From NCBI GenBank assembly GCA_001244265.2, contig CDLV01000014.1, positions 496,001-560,000 on the forward strand: a stretch of 64,000 nucleotides of DNA, read 5' to 3'. Below are positions 25,182 through 35,869 of the stretch, in pieces (the first letter of the stretch is position 1; each line of letters starts with the position of its first letter). The notes below the pieces were generated by a model that was given only the letters and a program-made list of their open reading frames with translations, was not told the origin of the DNA and searched no databases. This DNA comes from Microbotryum violaceum (lineage: Eukaryota). A program made the translations under genes and the position numbers.

Positions 25182-25408
25182 TAAAAGAGGGGCGCGAACT
25201 TGGCTCCCGTCGGGCGGAGGTGGGCCGACTCTACAAATGGCAAATCACATGGGGGAATACGCACGTTCTAATCGCAATTTGGCCTGCGGAAAGGGAGAGC
25301 GCGTGCGCATCCACTCCACACGTGTGGCCTCTCGCCTCTCACACACATCAAAGGCACACTGCAGCCCCCGAACCATACCTGATCAAGCACAGCAACACAC
25401 CTTCCAAC

Positions 25409-25916
25409 ATGTTCGGCTCAATCCCTCGTCTCATCGCCTCGGCGACCTCGTCCGTCGTCCCTTCTCGAGCCCGTCTCCTCGCCCTCGACGAACTCCGATG
25501 TCGCATCTTCTCCACGACCTTCAACCCAGAGAATGTTCGTGCAGGATCCAAAATCCTCAAGGCTCGATTGAGGGGTCCTTCGATGATGGAGTATTACGGC
25601 CAGAGGTATTCGGGGTGGAAGAAGTTGAATGCGCAGGTGCCTGGGTTGGAGTTGAGGAACATCGCAGAGGAACAGAGGTGCGACTTTCTTTGTTCTAATC
25701 ATCGTCATTACTCTCGACTGACCATGTGCTTGTTGTGTTCGTGCGCAGGCTCATCGACCTTGAGGTCAGGAGGAGACGAGGAAAGGTTACGCCCAAGAAG
25801 GGTGCGTTTGCCTTCTTGGCCTTCATGTGCGCCTTGATCAATGAAGAGCTCAACTAACACCCCAGATTCCCACTCGTACAGGCTTTGGTCGACGAGCAAG
25901 CATGAAGAAGCGATAA
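25409..25916 (+). CDS. RSM27: Mitochondrial small-subunit ribosomal protein mS33
   Basis: LRCRIFSTTFNPENVRAGSKILKARLRGPSMMEYY...EEQR|LIDLEVRRRRGKVTPKKG|FGRRASMKKR*. Confidence 0.9.
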
Positions 25917-26444
25917 GAAAGCGGGAAATAACCGGGGAAGGCGGTGCGCGAGGCACGGTCGGTGCTTGCAGCGTGACGATAGAGCATCACCACATGCAAT
26001 GCTTCAACTGTATTCGGTACATCATTAAAAATGGCTATAACAAGATAGCGGTCTGGATTTGGCCAAGAAGACCTTTGGAACGAGTCGACTTGGTGGCATC
26101 GAGAAGAAAAACTGCACAGGCTTCTCACGCAAACAGCCCCTGCACCTCTGCGATTCAACAAAGTGGACCCCAAGCTTGTGCATTCGTAAATTCATAATTA
26201 CCGCCCTCCGACTTTTCCAGAGGTTTTAGGTATTTTATTGAAATATGAGGGGGGGGAAGAAGAAAAAATAAATTAAAACTAAGAAAACTGCATCCCCTCT
26301 TCTTTCCTTCCCCTTCTGTTTTGACCAAACAAACCGAGAACAACAACGGCCACATCTTTGCCTTTTTGAAATGGCAACATACATATCTCCTTCTCCCTGT
26401 CAACTCCATACTCACTCCATCGACGGGTGGTTGGGCGCGTAGGT

Positions 26445-28932
26445 TTAGAAGGCCAACGCGGCCAAGCCGACAGCGACAAGAGCCGCGACTCCAGGAGCGT
26501 TCTGGAACGACGCCATTGCGCCACTATTAGGGGTCGTTCCGCCCGAACCGGTCTTGCCGCTCGCAGCCCCTCCCGAGCCACCCGAGGTCGAGTTGGTCGC
26601 GGCCTCGGTCCCGTTCCAGCAGTACTTGACGAAGCAAGCCTCGCACGTCAAAGTCCTGTTCAAACCTTGACGAGCGCGCAGGCGTTCAATACCGGCGCAT
26701 TGCAAGCAGGTTCCCCACTCGGTCGAGTCGCCTTGCGTGGCGATGTCGTACGCCGTGTTAAGGAATGCTACTTGTTGGGATATGTTGTATTGGATTTGAC
26801 CGGTCGAGGTGTTGGTCACACCAGTCGGGTCGTAGTTGGGCAAATAGACGATCAAAGGGTAGTCCGAAGCGATCGAGGCGTTCGCGGTCGGAAAGTTGGC
26901 CGGCGCAAGCCCACAACCGAAGAAGGTCGGGCGCGTGTTGAGACCTTGGCTGATGAAGGTTTGCACCGAGTTGGGAAGAGGGGGTAATGAGAGCGAACCG
27001 TTGGCCAAGAGCACCGATCGAGTCTCGGTCGCGACCATAGAAGCACCGGTGGGCATGCTTTGGTTCGAATCCGCAGTCGCGTCGGCGACGACGATACAGT
27101 CGATTTGACGAGCGGGCGCGGCCAACGGAGCGATCGGGTCCACCTCACCGGCCAAACCACCATCGATGAGACTGAGGAGCGTCTGACGGGCATCCTCAAA
27201 CGTCGCCACATTGACACCCTGGAAAGGGTTGGGGACCGCAGCAACGTCCAGAGCGACGTCTTGTTGGCCCGCCCCGAATGTCGAGTTGATGCCTTGCACG
27301 AGTTGGTAAATGGGCGAGACGGATGCCGTCCACGCGGCGGTGTTCGAGACGTTGTAGGAGTGGAAGATGTTGGACGAGATACCCGTGACGTAGCAGGCCA
27401 AGTCAAAGTTGTTGACGCAGGTTTGATTGTTGGACCCTCCCGTCGGCGTCCCGGAGACGGCGGCCGTGCCCATCAGCTCGGTAGGAATGAAGCTGTTGAC
27501 GGATTACGGATAAACAAGGATCAATTATCTGTGACATTTAAGGAGCATTCTGAAAGGCGTAGGAGTCAACGCACCTCGCGAGCTCGGGATCAAAGCTGCC
27601 AAACTCGAGGGGGGAAATTTCGTAGACGACCGATTGCAGAGGGACAGCCTCACCCGCCAAGGGCTTCTCGGTGGCGTTCTTCGACACTACCGTGGCGACG
27701 ATGATGGGGAATGGCATCGTGTGGTTGAGGTAGGAAGAGACCGACGTAACGTTGGACCAGCGGTACGAAGTTCGGCGTTCGGTCGAGTTGGTGAAAAAGT
27801 TGGTCGGGTTCGTGCCGGGTACGAAGTGGTAGGAGAGCTACCAAAGTAGGAAAGCCAAAATGATAGCAGAAACAGTAAGAATATTTGAGGGTGTCGAAAG
27901 GGAACTCTAAAGACCTTAAGGACGTACCGAAAGGGCCCAGATGTCCGCAATGGTGACAGGGAAGCCTGCTGCCTTCTTCTCGCCTGCGTCCGCGAAAAGG
28001 GACGCGACGTATGCATTCGTGATGGTCGAGTTGGACGAGGGGTTGAAGAGATCGAACTCGAGGTTCCATCCGAGTTCAGTACCGTTCTTGCCGAGGACCA
28101 TGTCGAACGCGTCGGGCATGTCGTTAAGCGCCCACGAGGTCAGGAGCCACGAGCCGCCGGAGAGCGCCGAGATGTACGAGGACGACTGGAGATACCCGCC
28201 GGTACCAACGGTCCTGGACTGAGCATTTCGACCATCAAGAGCAGCGAGCACACCGGCACCGTACCTGTGACGGAAGGCAAAGACGAAGTAGGATGTGATT
28301 GGTCGACGTCAGCAAAGGCTGGGGCGAAGCTTCGTGGGCGGAGAGCGCGGCGTGGGGCACCGGTTGTTGATCGGCCCGAGAGCTCTCCCCGACGCCCGCT
28401 CCACAAAGAAGGCAGGGAGGGTACTTACAAAGCTGCACGATCTCCACCGCCCGATAAAGCGATGGCGATGGTAGGAACAGTAGCGTTGGTCGAAGCGTTG
28501 AGCGACCCACTGTAGACGGTACTGGCCCTGTCTCCTAGCCAAGCTGTCTCACGGTAGCAACGGTCAGCTTCTTGCGCCGAGGGGGAAATAGGGTTCTCAA
28601 GTTTCGAGCTCGTGGGTGGTGCGCACTCACAGGCGAGTTCGGACACGACTTGACCTTTACGCGCTTGGACGTAGGCTGTTTCGTCCGTATTGAGAATTTG
28701 GTTTCCGGTGTCTTTGGAACGAGATATCCAGCACAGACGCCGATCAGCTCCACGAGCCGAGAAAAAGCGACCGTGCGCCCACGCCGCCAACGATCGACGA
28801 TCACTTACGCGAGGGCCCGGCAACACCAGCCTGTCTCAGCACGTTGGTGCCGGGGCACGAGACGTATTCCGGAGCATACGACGCCGAAGCAAGCGATGTG
28901 ACAGCGAGCAAGGTCAAGAAACTGGTATGCAT
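26445..28932 (-). CDS. Secreted, probably GPI-anchored lysophospholipase/phospholipase B (Plb1 family)
   Basis: Signal peptide then YAPEYVSCP; ALSGGGDRA, ALSGGSW (catalytic Ser), LIDGG (catalytic Asp), RPTFFGC, CFVKYCWNG; Ser/Gly/Thr linker and hydrophobic C-terminus. Confidence 0.93.
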
Positions 28933-29195
28933 CTCTTACGAGTTGACCGAAAAGAAGGTGGGTATGTTGGGTGAGATGGAGGAGAAGAAAGCCGAAGCTC
29001 GACGGAGAACGTATCCAAATTCCGTCAATGCTCCCAGGCAGAAAACGGACGATCGCTATAACGAGGTCTCAGCACCACTGGGCCCGTGATCTAAATCTAA
29101 ACCCGCGGTCGTCAACTTGCTGGGCTCTCCTTTGCTTCCCCACATATCATTGCTGACCAATTGACGGCTTTCAATCGAAGTAGGTAGCCTGCTGG

Positions 29196-30156
29196 GTACC
29201 ACCACCCCTCGGCGCATGCCCGCGCCAACCCCCACCCTCCACTCCGGTTCATAATCGGTCCGCCCGTCCAGTGGTGGCGCTTCTTGCAACCTGCTCTTGA
29301 AGAGGACTCGGGTTCAGTCCGGAGTATGGCCCCCGGCCGGAGTGGACTGTGGTACTCGGGATCCCGTCGGTGTCATTTCGGACATAGCGGGCCCCGTCAG
29401 GAGTCATTTCGGTTGTAGCGGGGTCGGAGTCATTTCTGGTCATTTTAGCGGGGTCTGCGGATCTCGGGATCCCGTCGGAAGCAGCGGTTGTAGCGGAGTC
29501 GTTTCGGTCGAAGCGGGGTCGAGTTCCGGTGTCGTTTTGGTCGAAGCAGGGTCGAGTTCCGGTCGTTTCGAGGGCCGAGTTCGGGAGTCGTTTCAGTTTC
29601 CACTAGTTCGGGCAGGATCAGAACGCCAGTTTCGGCAGAATTTTCAGCGATTAAGCGGTCCCAGATAAACTCAGTACTTCGGTGACTCGAGGCTTGACTG
29701 TCAGCGACGAATCATGTGGCGGGATTTGAATGGAAGACCGGGCCGGATGCGCGGATGAAGGGGAGAAGGGGAATGACAGGAGCGCAGCGGTTTGAGCGGT
29801 CGGAACGTTTGAGGGGAGTTTGCTTCTTGTTTTTACCACTTTTAGGATCCAATGCAACATCTTAGCTGGTTCTCACTTTCTGCGTGTTTCAGGTCTCGTC
29901 TCCATTCTCCAGTCCCCAGTCTCAGCGTTTCGTTCTCGTTCTCGGTCTCGTTTCTCGGTTTGGGCCCCTTTCCCTCTCGTCTCTCGTCTCTCGTCTCCCT
30001 CGTCTTCGGTCCCGATCCCATCTTCTCCCCCTATCATTTCATATCATCTTTGATCGGCCGCTTTGCTATACCATAGGGCGGACCCACCTCTCCGTATTTA
30101 TTTTTGGATGGGGCTCAGGGGGGGTGTCGAGAAATTGTGAGGGGTACGCCGAGTAC
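29196..30156. mobile_element. Putative non-autonomous DNA transposon (~960 bp)
   Basis: CCTGCTGG at 29188-29195 and 30157-30164 flanks GTAC...GTAC ends; about 8 copies of a GG(W G)TCRTTTY motif at 29369-29595; no credible ORF. Confidence 0.5.
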
Positions 30157-30195
30157 CCTGCTGGGAGATCAGGATTGGTTGTAGGACCCACCAGG

Positions 30196-30361
30196 AGCAT
30201 CTATCTGCACCATAGCACCTATCTGCACCATAGCACCTATCTGCACCATAGCACCTATCTGCACCATAGCACCTATCTGCACCATAGCACCTATCTGCAC
30301 CATAGCACCTATCTGCACCATAGCACCTATCTGCACCATAGCACCTATCTGCACCATAGCA
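30196..30361. repeat. Minisatellite, 9 x 18 bp AGCACCTATCTGCACCAT
   Basis: Nine head-to-tail units with no spacers; only the first unit differs (AGCATCT...). Confidence 0.97.
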
Positions 30362-31064
30362 TTGTCTCCCACGTCAAATTCTGGTGCATTTGCTCACTTA
30401 AGTTTCCCTCCTCCGCTTCTGGAACAATCAATGTTCACGTGGGATTTCGATATCTGCTGCGTCGCTTGCAGCCGGCAGCCCTAACCCGTCCGCGCGTGAA
30501 CCAGAGCGCCAACGGGAGCCGCACCACAAAAGGGTCAAGTTCCCACGTGTGTTGAGCCCGCGGAGCTATTTAATGTCGACCCCGCTATGTGTTTGTAGGT
30601 GAGCATCACTTAAGATTGTCCACGCTTTCCGCCTCTTTCGGGGTCTATGTGGGTATGTCGGCTTCGCAGCTTACTGGCGGTACTCGATCAGTCCGAATAT
30701 CCCCCCGGGCCGGACAGTGTGACCAAGAAGTTATAGAGTTTAGCCTCATGAAGCCAATTGCACGACTCCTATGCAAGTGTAAGGAGCTAGGACTCCAATA
30801 CCTGTGGTTTCACCCCTTGAGCTGTGCTTCGCACCCCTTATTGTTTCTCCATCCCCCATCTCTCCGAAAATCTGCGAGCGGCCTCGAGCACTTTCAAGTT
30901 GGTGCCCCACATGAGGCTACATGAGGCGGGAGCGCGCTCGACGTGAAAAGCGCTGGCGAAGCCGTCGTCTCTTGCACTCCAATCGATCCTACAACTTGCG
31001 CGAGATCAGCTTCTAGACACCTCAGCCTCGTCAACGCATACTCGAAAACACGTGAAGCGCAATC

Positions 31065-32044
31065 ATGGACGATGATATGTACCACTCGCAAGCCGCTCCG
31101 GCCTATGCGCTCGAGTCGGATGAACACGATTCTGATTCCGATGACGAGGCCGCCGAGTATGGTGATCGCGCTCCTCAAACAACTGCTCCCAAAGCCCGAG
31201 CAAGCAAACCGGATCCCGTGGTGGAATTTCGTGGAGCAACAGTACTTCAGCCGACTCGGGTCGTCTTTCTCGTGGGAGAGGTCGCAGAGGTGTTCGCCAG
31301 GGGTGCCAAGACTGGCGACGCGTCAGCTACGGTCTTTGTCGATGGTGAACAAGTGAGTCAGGGTCTCCTAGGTCTTTGACACAAAGAATACGATGAAAAC
31401 TGATCAACTACATGCCGGGTGTGCAGGCTGCATCAACTCATGTCATCTCTCCCTCGGTAACAGTCGTGTTCACCTCGATCGCACTTCCTTTGGTCTCGTT
31501 GTATCCCTTCGTGCACGCATTGTTGTCAAAGCTATCTCCTACCTCAACCACGATCGTAGCACCTTATCATTCCCCCTCCTATAACGCCGAACAGCCGTCT
31601 GCCTCCCCCCTCATCCGCTACCTCTCCTCCTCGCCCACCCCGAACTCTCTCTTGACGCTCGAACGAGCAGGCCACCTCTCCTCATTCTCACCTCCGAACC
31701 TCTTGCACGGTCTTGCACCTCTTCTCCTGACGCTCTCGACCCTCTCGGAGATCGAAGCGTCCCTGATTCTCTTGCCCTCAATCGCCTCTCCTACGTCTTT
31801 GAACGGTCCCTTCCTCGGCCCCTCCTCCTGGTCCAATACGATCTACGATGCAGGTGGGCCGACGTCGTTGAGCGACTCAAGAGGGGTGTATGGGGATGTA
31901 CAAGCGTCGTTGAAAGCTGTGGGGAAGGGTTTGGGTTGGGACGAGTGGTACGATGCGAAAAAGAGGGATGGGAAGGGCTCTGATTGGATCGAGAGGTCGA
32001 GGAGGGAGAAGAGGAGGGAACAAGCGGGAAGTATGTATATGTAA
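31065..32044 (+). CDS. Probable 20S proteasome assembly chaperone 1 (Pba1/PAC1-like)
   Basis: Acidic N-terminus PAYALESDE, FSPPNLLHG segment, C-terminal HbYX motif (GSMYM*); one intron at ~31354-31426. Confidence 0.65.
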
Positions 32045-32524
32045 TCGAGAACAGAAGTTGACCTAGAGCGTATGCGTCGCCGCTCAGTCTAGCACTTCTC
32101 ATAAACTTCGCCGAAGCCGGGCGTCCATATAGCACGCCCGAGGTGGCGCAGGCCCCTCGCCTCCTTTTCCGTTTTCAGCCCCTCAATGGTGCAGGATTGT
32201 CTTGAGCCAAAGACGAAAAACGAGGACAAGTCTTTGCATGCTCGGTAGACCGAAGGCCCAGCGCCGCTCCTCTTTCGCCTTTCCATATTTCTATTTCTGC
32301 GCGGGCGTGATCTGCATGCTCTCTTCGGAGTGTTCCTGATCTGTAACCGTTGGGTGATTGCCCCGCACGGGCGGGTCAAACTTTCGCGGGGAGGCCCGGG
32401 GAGGCCGATCTCGACGCCGAACTGAGCGCGGCACTTCCTTCGTTTTCTGTCTCTCCTTCCTTCTCGCCGGGTCGTAGTGATCGTGTCCGAAAGCTCGTCA
32501 ACTAAGACGGGAAGGCGCTTCAAG

Positions 32525-34514
32525 ATGCAGCACGTGCAGCACAACAATAGTCCTTTCGCTCCTCCTCCGGCGTACCATCGCGAACATGAGCCGATCGAAC
32601 TGCCTTCCGAGTTGAGGATCGCGTTCCTTCATCCTGACCTAGGTATTGGTCAGTCTCGCTGGACGAAATGACCGACTATGAGCATGCGCGCCATGATACT
32701 AACCTTCCCCGTGGCTCGGAAATCGCAGGTGGAGCCGAACGATTGGTCGTCGATGCTGCGGTCGCGTTGCAGCAACGTGGTCATCATGTCGAGATCTTTA
32801 CCAGTTACCATGAGGATGGACCTAGAGGAAGGAGTTTCGAAGAGACGAGGAATGGTCAGTCATCATTGCATCGCCATACAGTTCGCTGGGGAGTGGCTCC
32901 TTTCACAGCTGACCGAAGTGGGGGTTTCGTACCCTGTCACTCGGAGGCCGAGCCATCCCTAAAAGTCCGTAGCGATCCAAACTGGGATGAACTAAGCTGA
33001 GAGCAATCATTCCCATGTTCAGGTACTCTCAAAGTCCACGTGCTCGGCGCATGGCTCGTGCCTCGCTCGTTCCTCGCTCGATTCAAAGTCGTCTGCGCGA
33101 TGCTACGTCAACTCCATCTCACCTTCTCCTTCCTTCTCGCCTGCCTCTTGTACCATCTCAGTGGACTCCCTCTACTATCGTCGCTGCTCCTCCCCGAAAC
33201 AAAGCCCTTTTCCTCGAGCGCGGATTGGTCCCCTCTTCGACAGTTGGCCCCTTTCGACGTAGTCGTCGTCGACCAACTCTCAACTGCGATCCCTCTCCTG
33301 CGCTGGTTCGGCCAGAACCGTATCGTCTTTTACTGCCATTTCCCCGACTTGCTCCTCTCCCCTTCGAGGCCCGCATCGTCAACCGCGAATGACCCTCGTA
33401 AAGAGCCGCCATGGACGATCGCGAGGGAGATTCGGTCCATGTATCGGAAACCGATCGATACGCTCGAACAAGAAACGACGGGGCAAGCCGACAAGATCGT
33501 GGTCAACTCCGAATTTACGGGCCAAGTCTTTGTTACTACTTTCAGAACGATGGGGAGGGTGCCCAGAGTCGTCTACCCCGCCGTGGACGTCAAGGCGTAT
33601 GGGAAGAGAGTCGAAGTGGGGAAGGAGGACACGTGGTTGCAAAGGTGGGCTAAGCTCCGGTCGAGTCTCTTGCTACTGCTGGCTAGTAGCTGATCCTCGC
33701 GGTGCGAGTCTGCAGTCAGGATCCAATGCTCTTGTCTATTAATCGCTTCGAGGGAAAGAAGGACCTCGCCCTCGCTGTCGATGCGTTCGCTCGGATCGCC
33801 GGGGATCAGCCCAAGCTCCATCTCGTCATCGCTGGGGGTTACGACCCCCGTCTGGCGGACAATGTCAAGACTTTGTTGTCCCTTCAACGCTTGGCGAAAA
33901 AGCATGAGCTATCATACTACACCTACACCTCATCCTCAGCCGCAGTGTCCTCGGCTCCCGATGCCGAACTCTACAAAGCGGCTCAGGCGTCGACAACTCC
34001 CCCAACCACCACTCCGCGTATCCTATTCCTCCTGAACTTGACTGCAGCACAAAAGGATGCGTTGCTCCACTCCCCCTCGACCGTCGCTTTGCTTTACACT
34101 CCCTCGTTCGAGCACTTTGGTATAGTACCGATCGAAGCGATGGCGTCGGGCCTACCGGTCTTAGCGACGAACTCGGGGGGGCCGACCGAATCCATCATCG
34201 ACGATGGTCTCAATTCCTGCACCACGACCGGTCTATTACGCTCACCTTCGGCAGACGTATGGGCCACAGCCATGAAAGACCTCTTGGCGCTGTCTCGGAC
34301 GCGTCGTCAAGAAATGGGTTCCAAAGGCAAAGAAAGAGTCGAGAAGGTCTTTTCCCTCTCTAGGTTAGGGGAGGAGATGGAAAGAGTTTGCATCGATGCG
34401 GCGAGGCTTGGCAAACCCATCTCGTCCGAGACGGGGTTTTTGAAGTTGTTGGCGTTCATGGGAATTGGGTTGTTTTGTTCCATTTCGGGAATCATTGCGT
34501 TTTGGTTGCTTTGA
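32525..34514 (+). CDS. ALG2: Alpha-1,3/1,6-mannosyltransferase (GT4)
   Basis: [78 protein letters not shown]. Confidence 0.96.
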
Positions 34515-34810
34515 GGATGATGGGGGTGGTGCTGTAATTTTCAAGGCCGTTGTTGGCAATCGCCGTCGTCCTTGGGAGAGTTTGTCTTTTCGGAGACGGC
34601 TCGCTCCCTGAACAAGACAAGGTTCTTAAGGAAGAGAATGAAACTATCTTGTGGGTGGGGACACAACGTTTCGAAGCTTTGTAAGAGAGTGTAGTCATGA
34701 CTTGAGCCCCCGAAGAAGCCTAACACTGACGGAGCCAAACTGAGCCGAATTCCCCGGCGCGGTCTGGCGCGGAGTTGCGCGGAGAACTGCGCGAGGACGA
34801 GGTTCGACTC

Positions 34811-34876
34811 CGCTCCGCAACGCTCTGCAACGCTCCGCAACGCTCCGCAACGCTCCGCAACGCTCCGCAACGCTCC
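34811..34876. repeat. Tandem repeat, ~6.6 x 10 bp CGCTCCGCAA
   Basis: Directly visible, one variant unit (CGCTCTGCAA); ends ~60 bp upstream of the MRP17 ATG. Confidence 0.95.
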
Positions 34877-34938
34877 TCTGTTCCTCTCTTCGCGTCCTGT
34901 CACGCCGCTCCACGTCCCGCATCGTACATCAAGCCACG

Positions 34939-35641
34939 ATGGTCCTCTACGAACTCGTCTGCATCTCCTCCCGCCAAGCCACATTCGTAAGCATCACCCC
35001 CCGACACTACTCCACCCAGGTTGAACTGATCGCAAACATCCCATCCCGTATCCCATTCAATGTTCTCCCAATCCTTATTAGGCCCCGATCCGCGCCCTCA
35101 CCACCACCACCACCTCCCTCGTCACGTCGAATGGTGGCGTGGTGAGGAGTTTGGACCACTGGGGGACTCGAAACTTGCCGCAGAGGATGAAGAGGGGGGA
35201 TGGATCGAGTTTGGAGGGCGTGTAAGTTCGAGAGCGGTTTCTAGAGCTGCGGTCTGCTCGCACTTGGTGCTGGGGTGTATGGGAGATTACAGGCAGTGAT
35301 TCATCTACTGTGATTCTGGATCTGTCTAGGTATTGGACGATGAGGTTCGACGCGAATCCTCCCACGGTCAAGGCCTTGAACGAAAGGTTACGGCTCGATC
35401 CTCGTGTATTACGGTGAGCTACAAACCCACACCGACTCGCATACAACTACTTGCCCCGGTCTCACCCCTGACCCATTGTCTACTGCCATGTTTCGCTAGT
35501 TGGACGACCCTCAAAATCGGCGAAAAGCTACACGAGATCGCTCGACCGGCCGCGCAGGATCCGACCGTTCGATTCCGTCGACCTTTACCCAAGGGTCTGG
35601 GGAGTGGGAACAGTCCTTTGACGCAGGATTCGAGTTATTGA
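34939..35641 (+). CDS. MRP17: Mitochondrial ribosomal protein bS6m (4 exons)
   Basis: MVLYELVCI...|...NGGVVRSLDHWGTRNLPQRMKR...|YWTMRFDANP...LRLDPRVLR|WTTLKIGEKL. Confidence 0.88.
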
Positions 35642-35869
35642 ACCTGGGGAGAAGGGGGGCTAGCTTTTCATAGAAGGACATCCGCGGTTCAACGTCGAGG
35701 ACTTTGGGCTGCGTGAGGAGGCTATTAGGAGCGGGGTTGCACTCCTCTTTGTTGTAATGCTAGAGAGAGAGAGACTGATTAATCACGTGCTACTTCTCGC
35801 CGTCGCACTCGATGCTCAAGTCTCTGGACATGGTAAGAATATCATATGTTGCTCTGAACTAGCGATCCC

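Noticed and set aside
30196-30361. 18-bp repeat as a CRISPR array
   Set aside because: Units are contiguous with no spacers, there are no cas genes, and the context is eukaryotic.
29884-30555. 223 aa ORF with STYLHH repeats as a His-rich metal-binding protein
   Set aside because: GTG start, spans a low-complexity TCTCG tract and a putative transposon boundary; openness is explained by the repeat.
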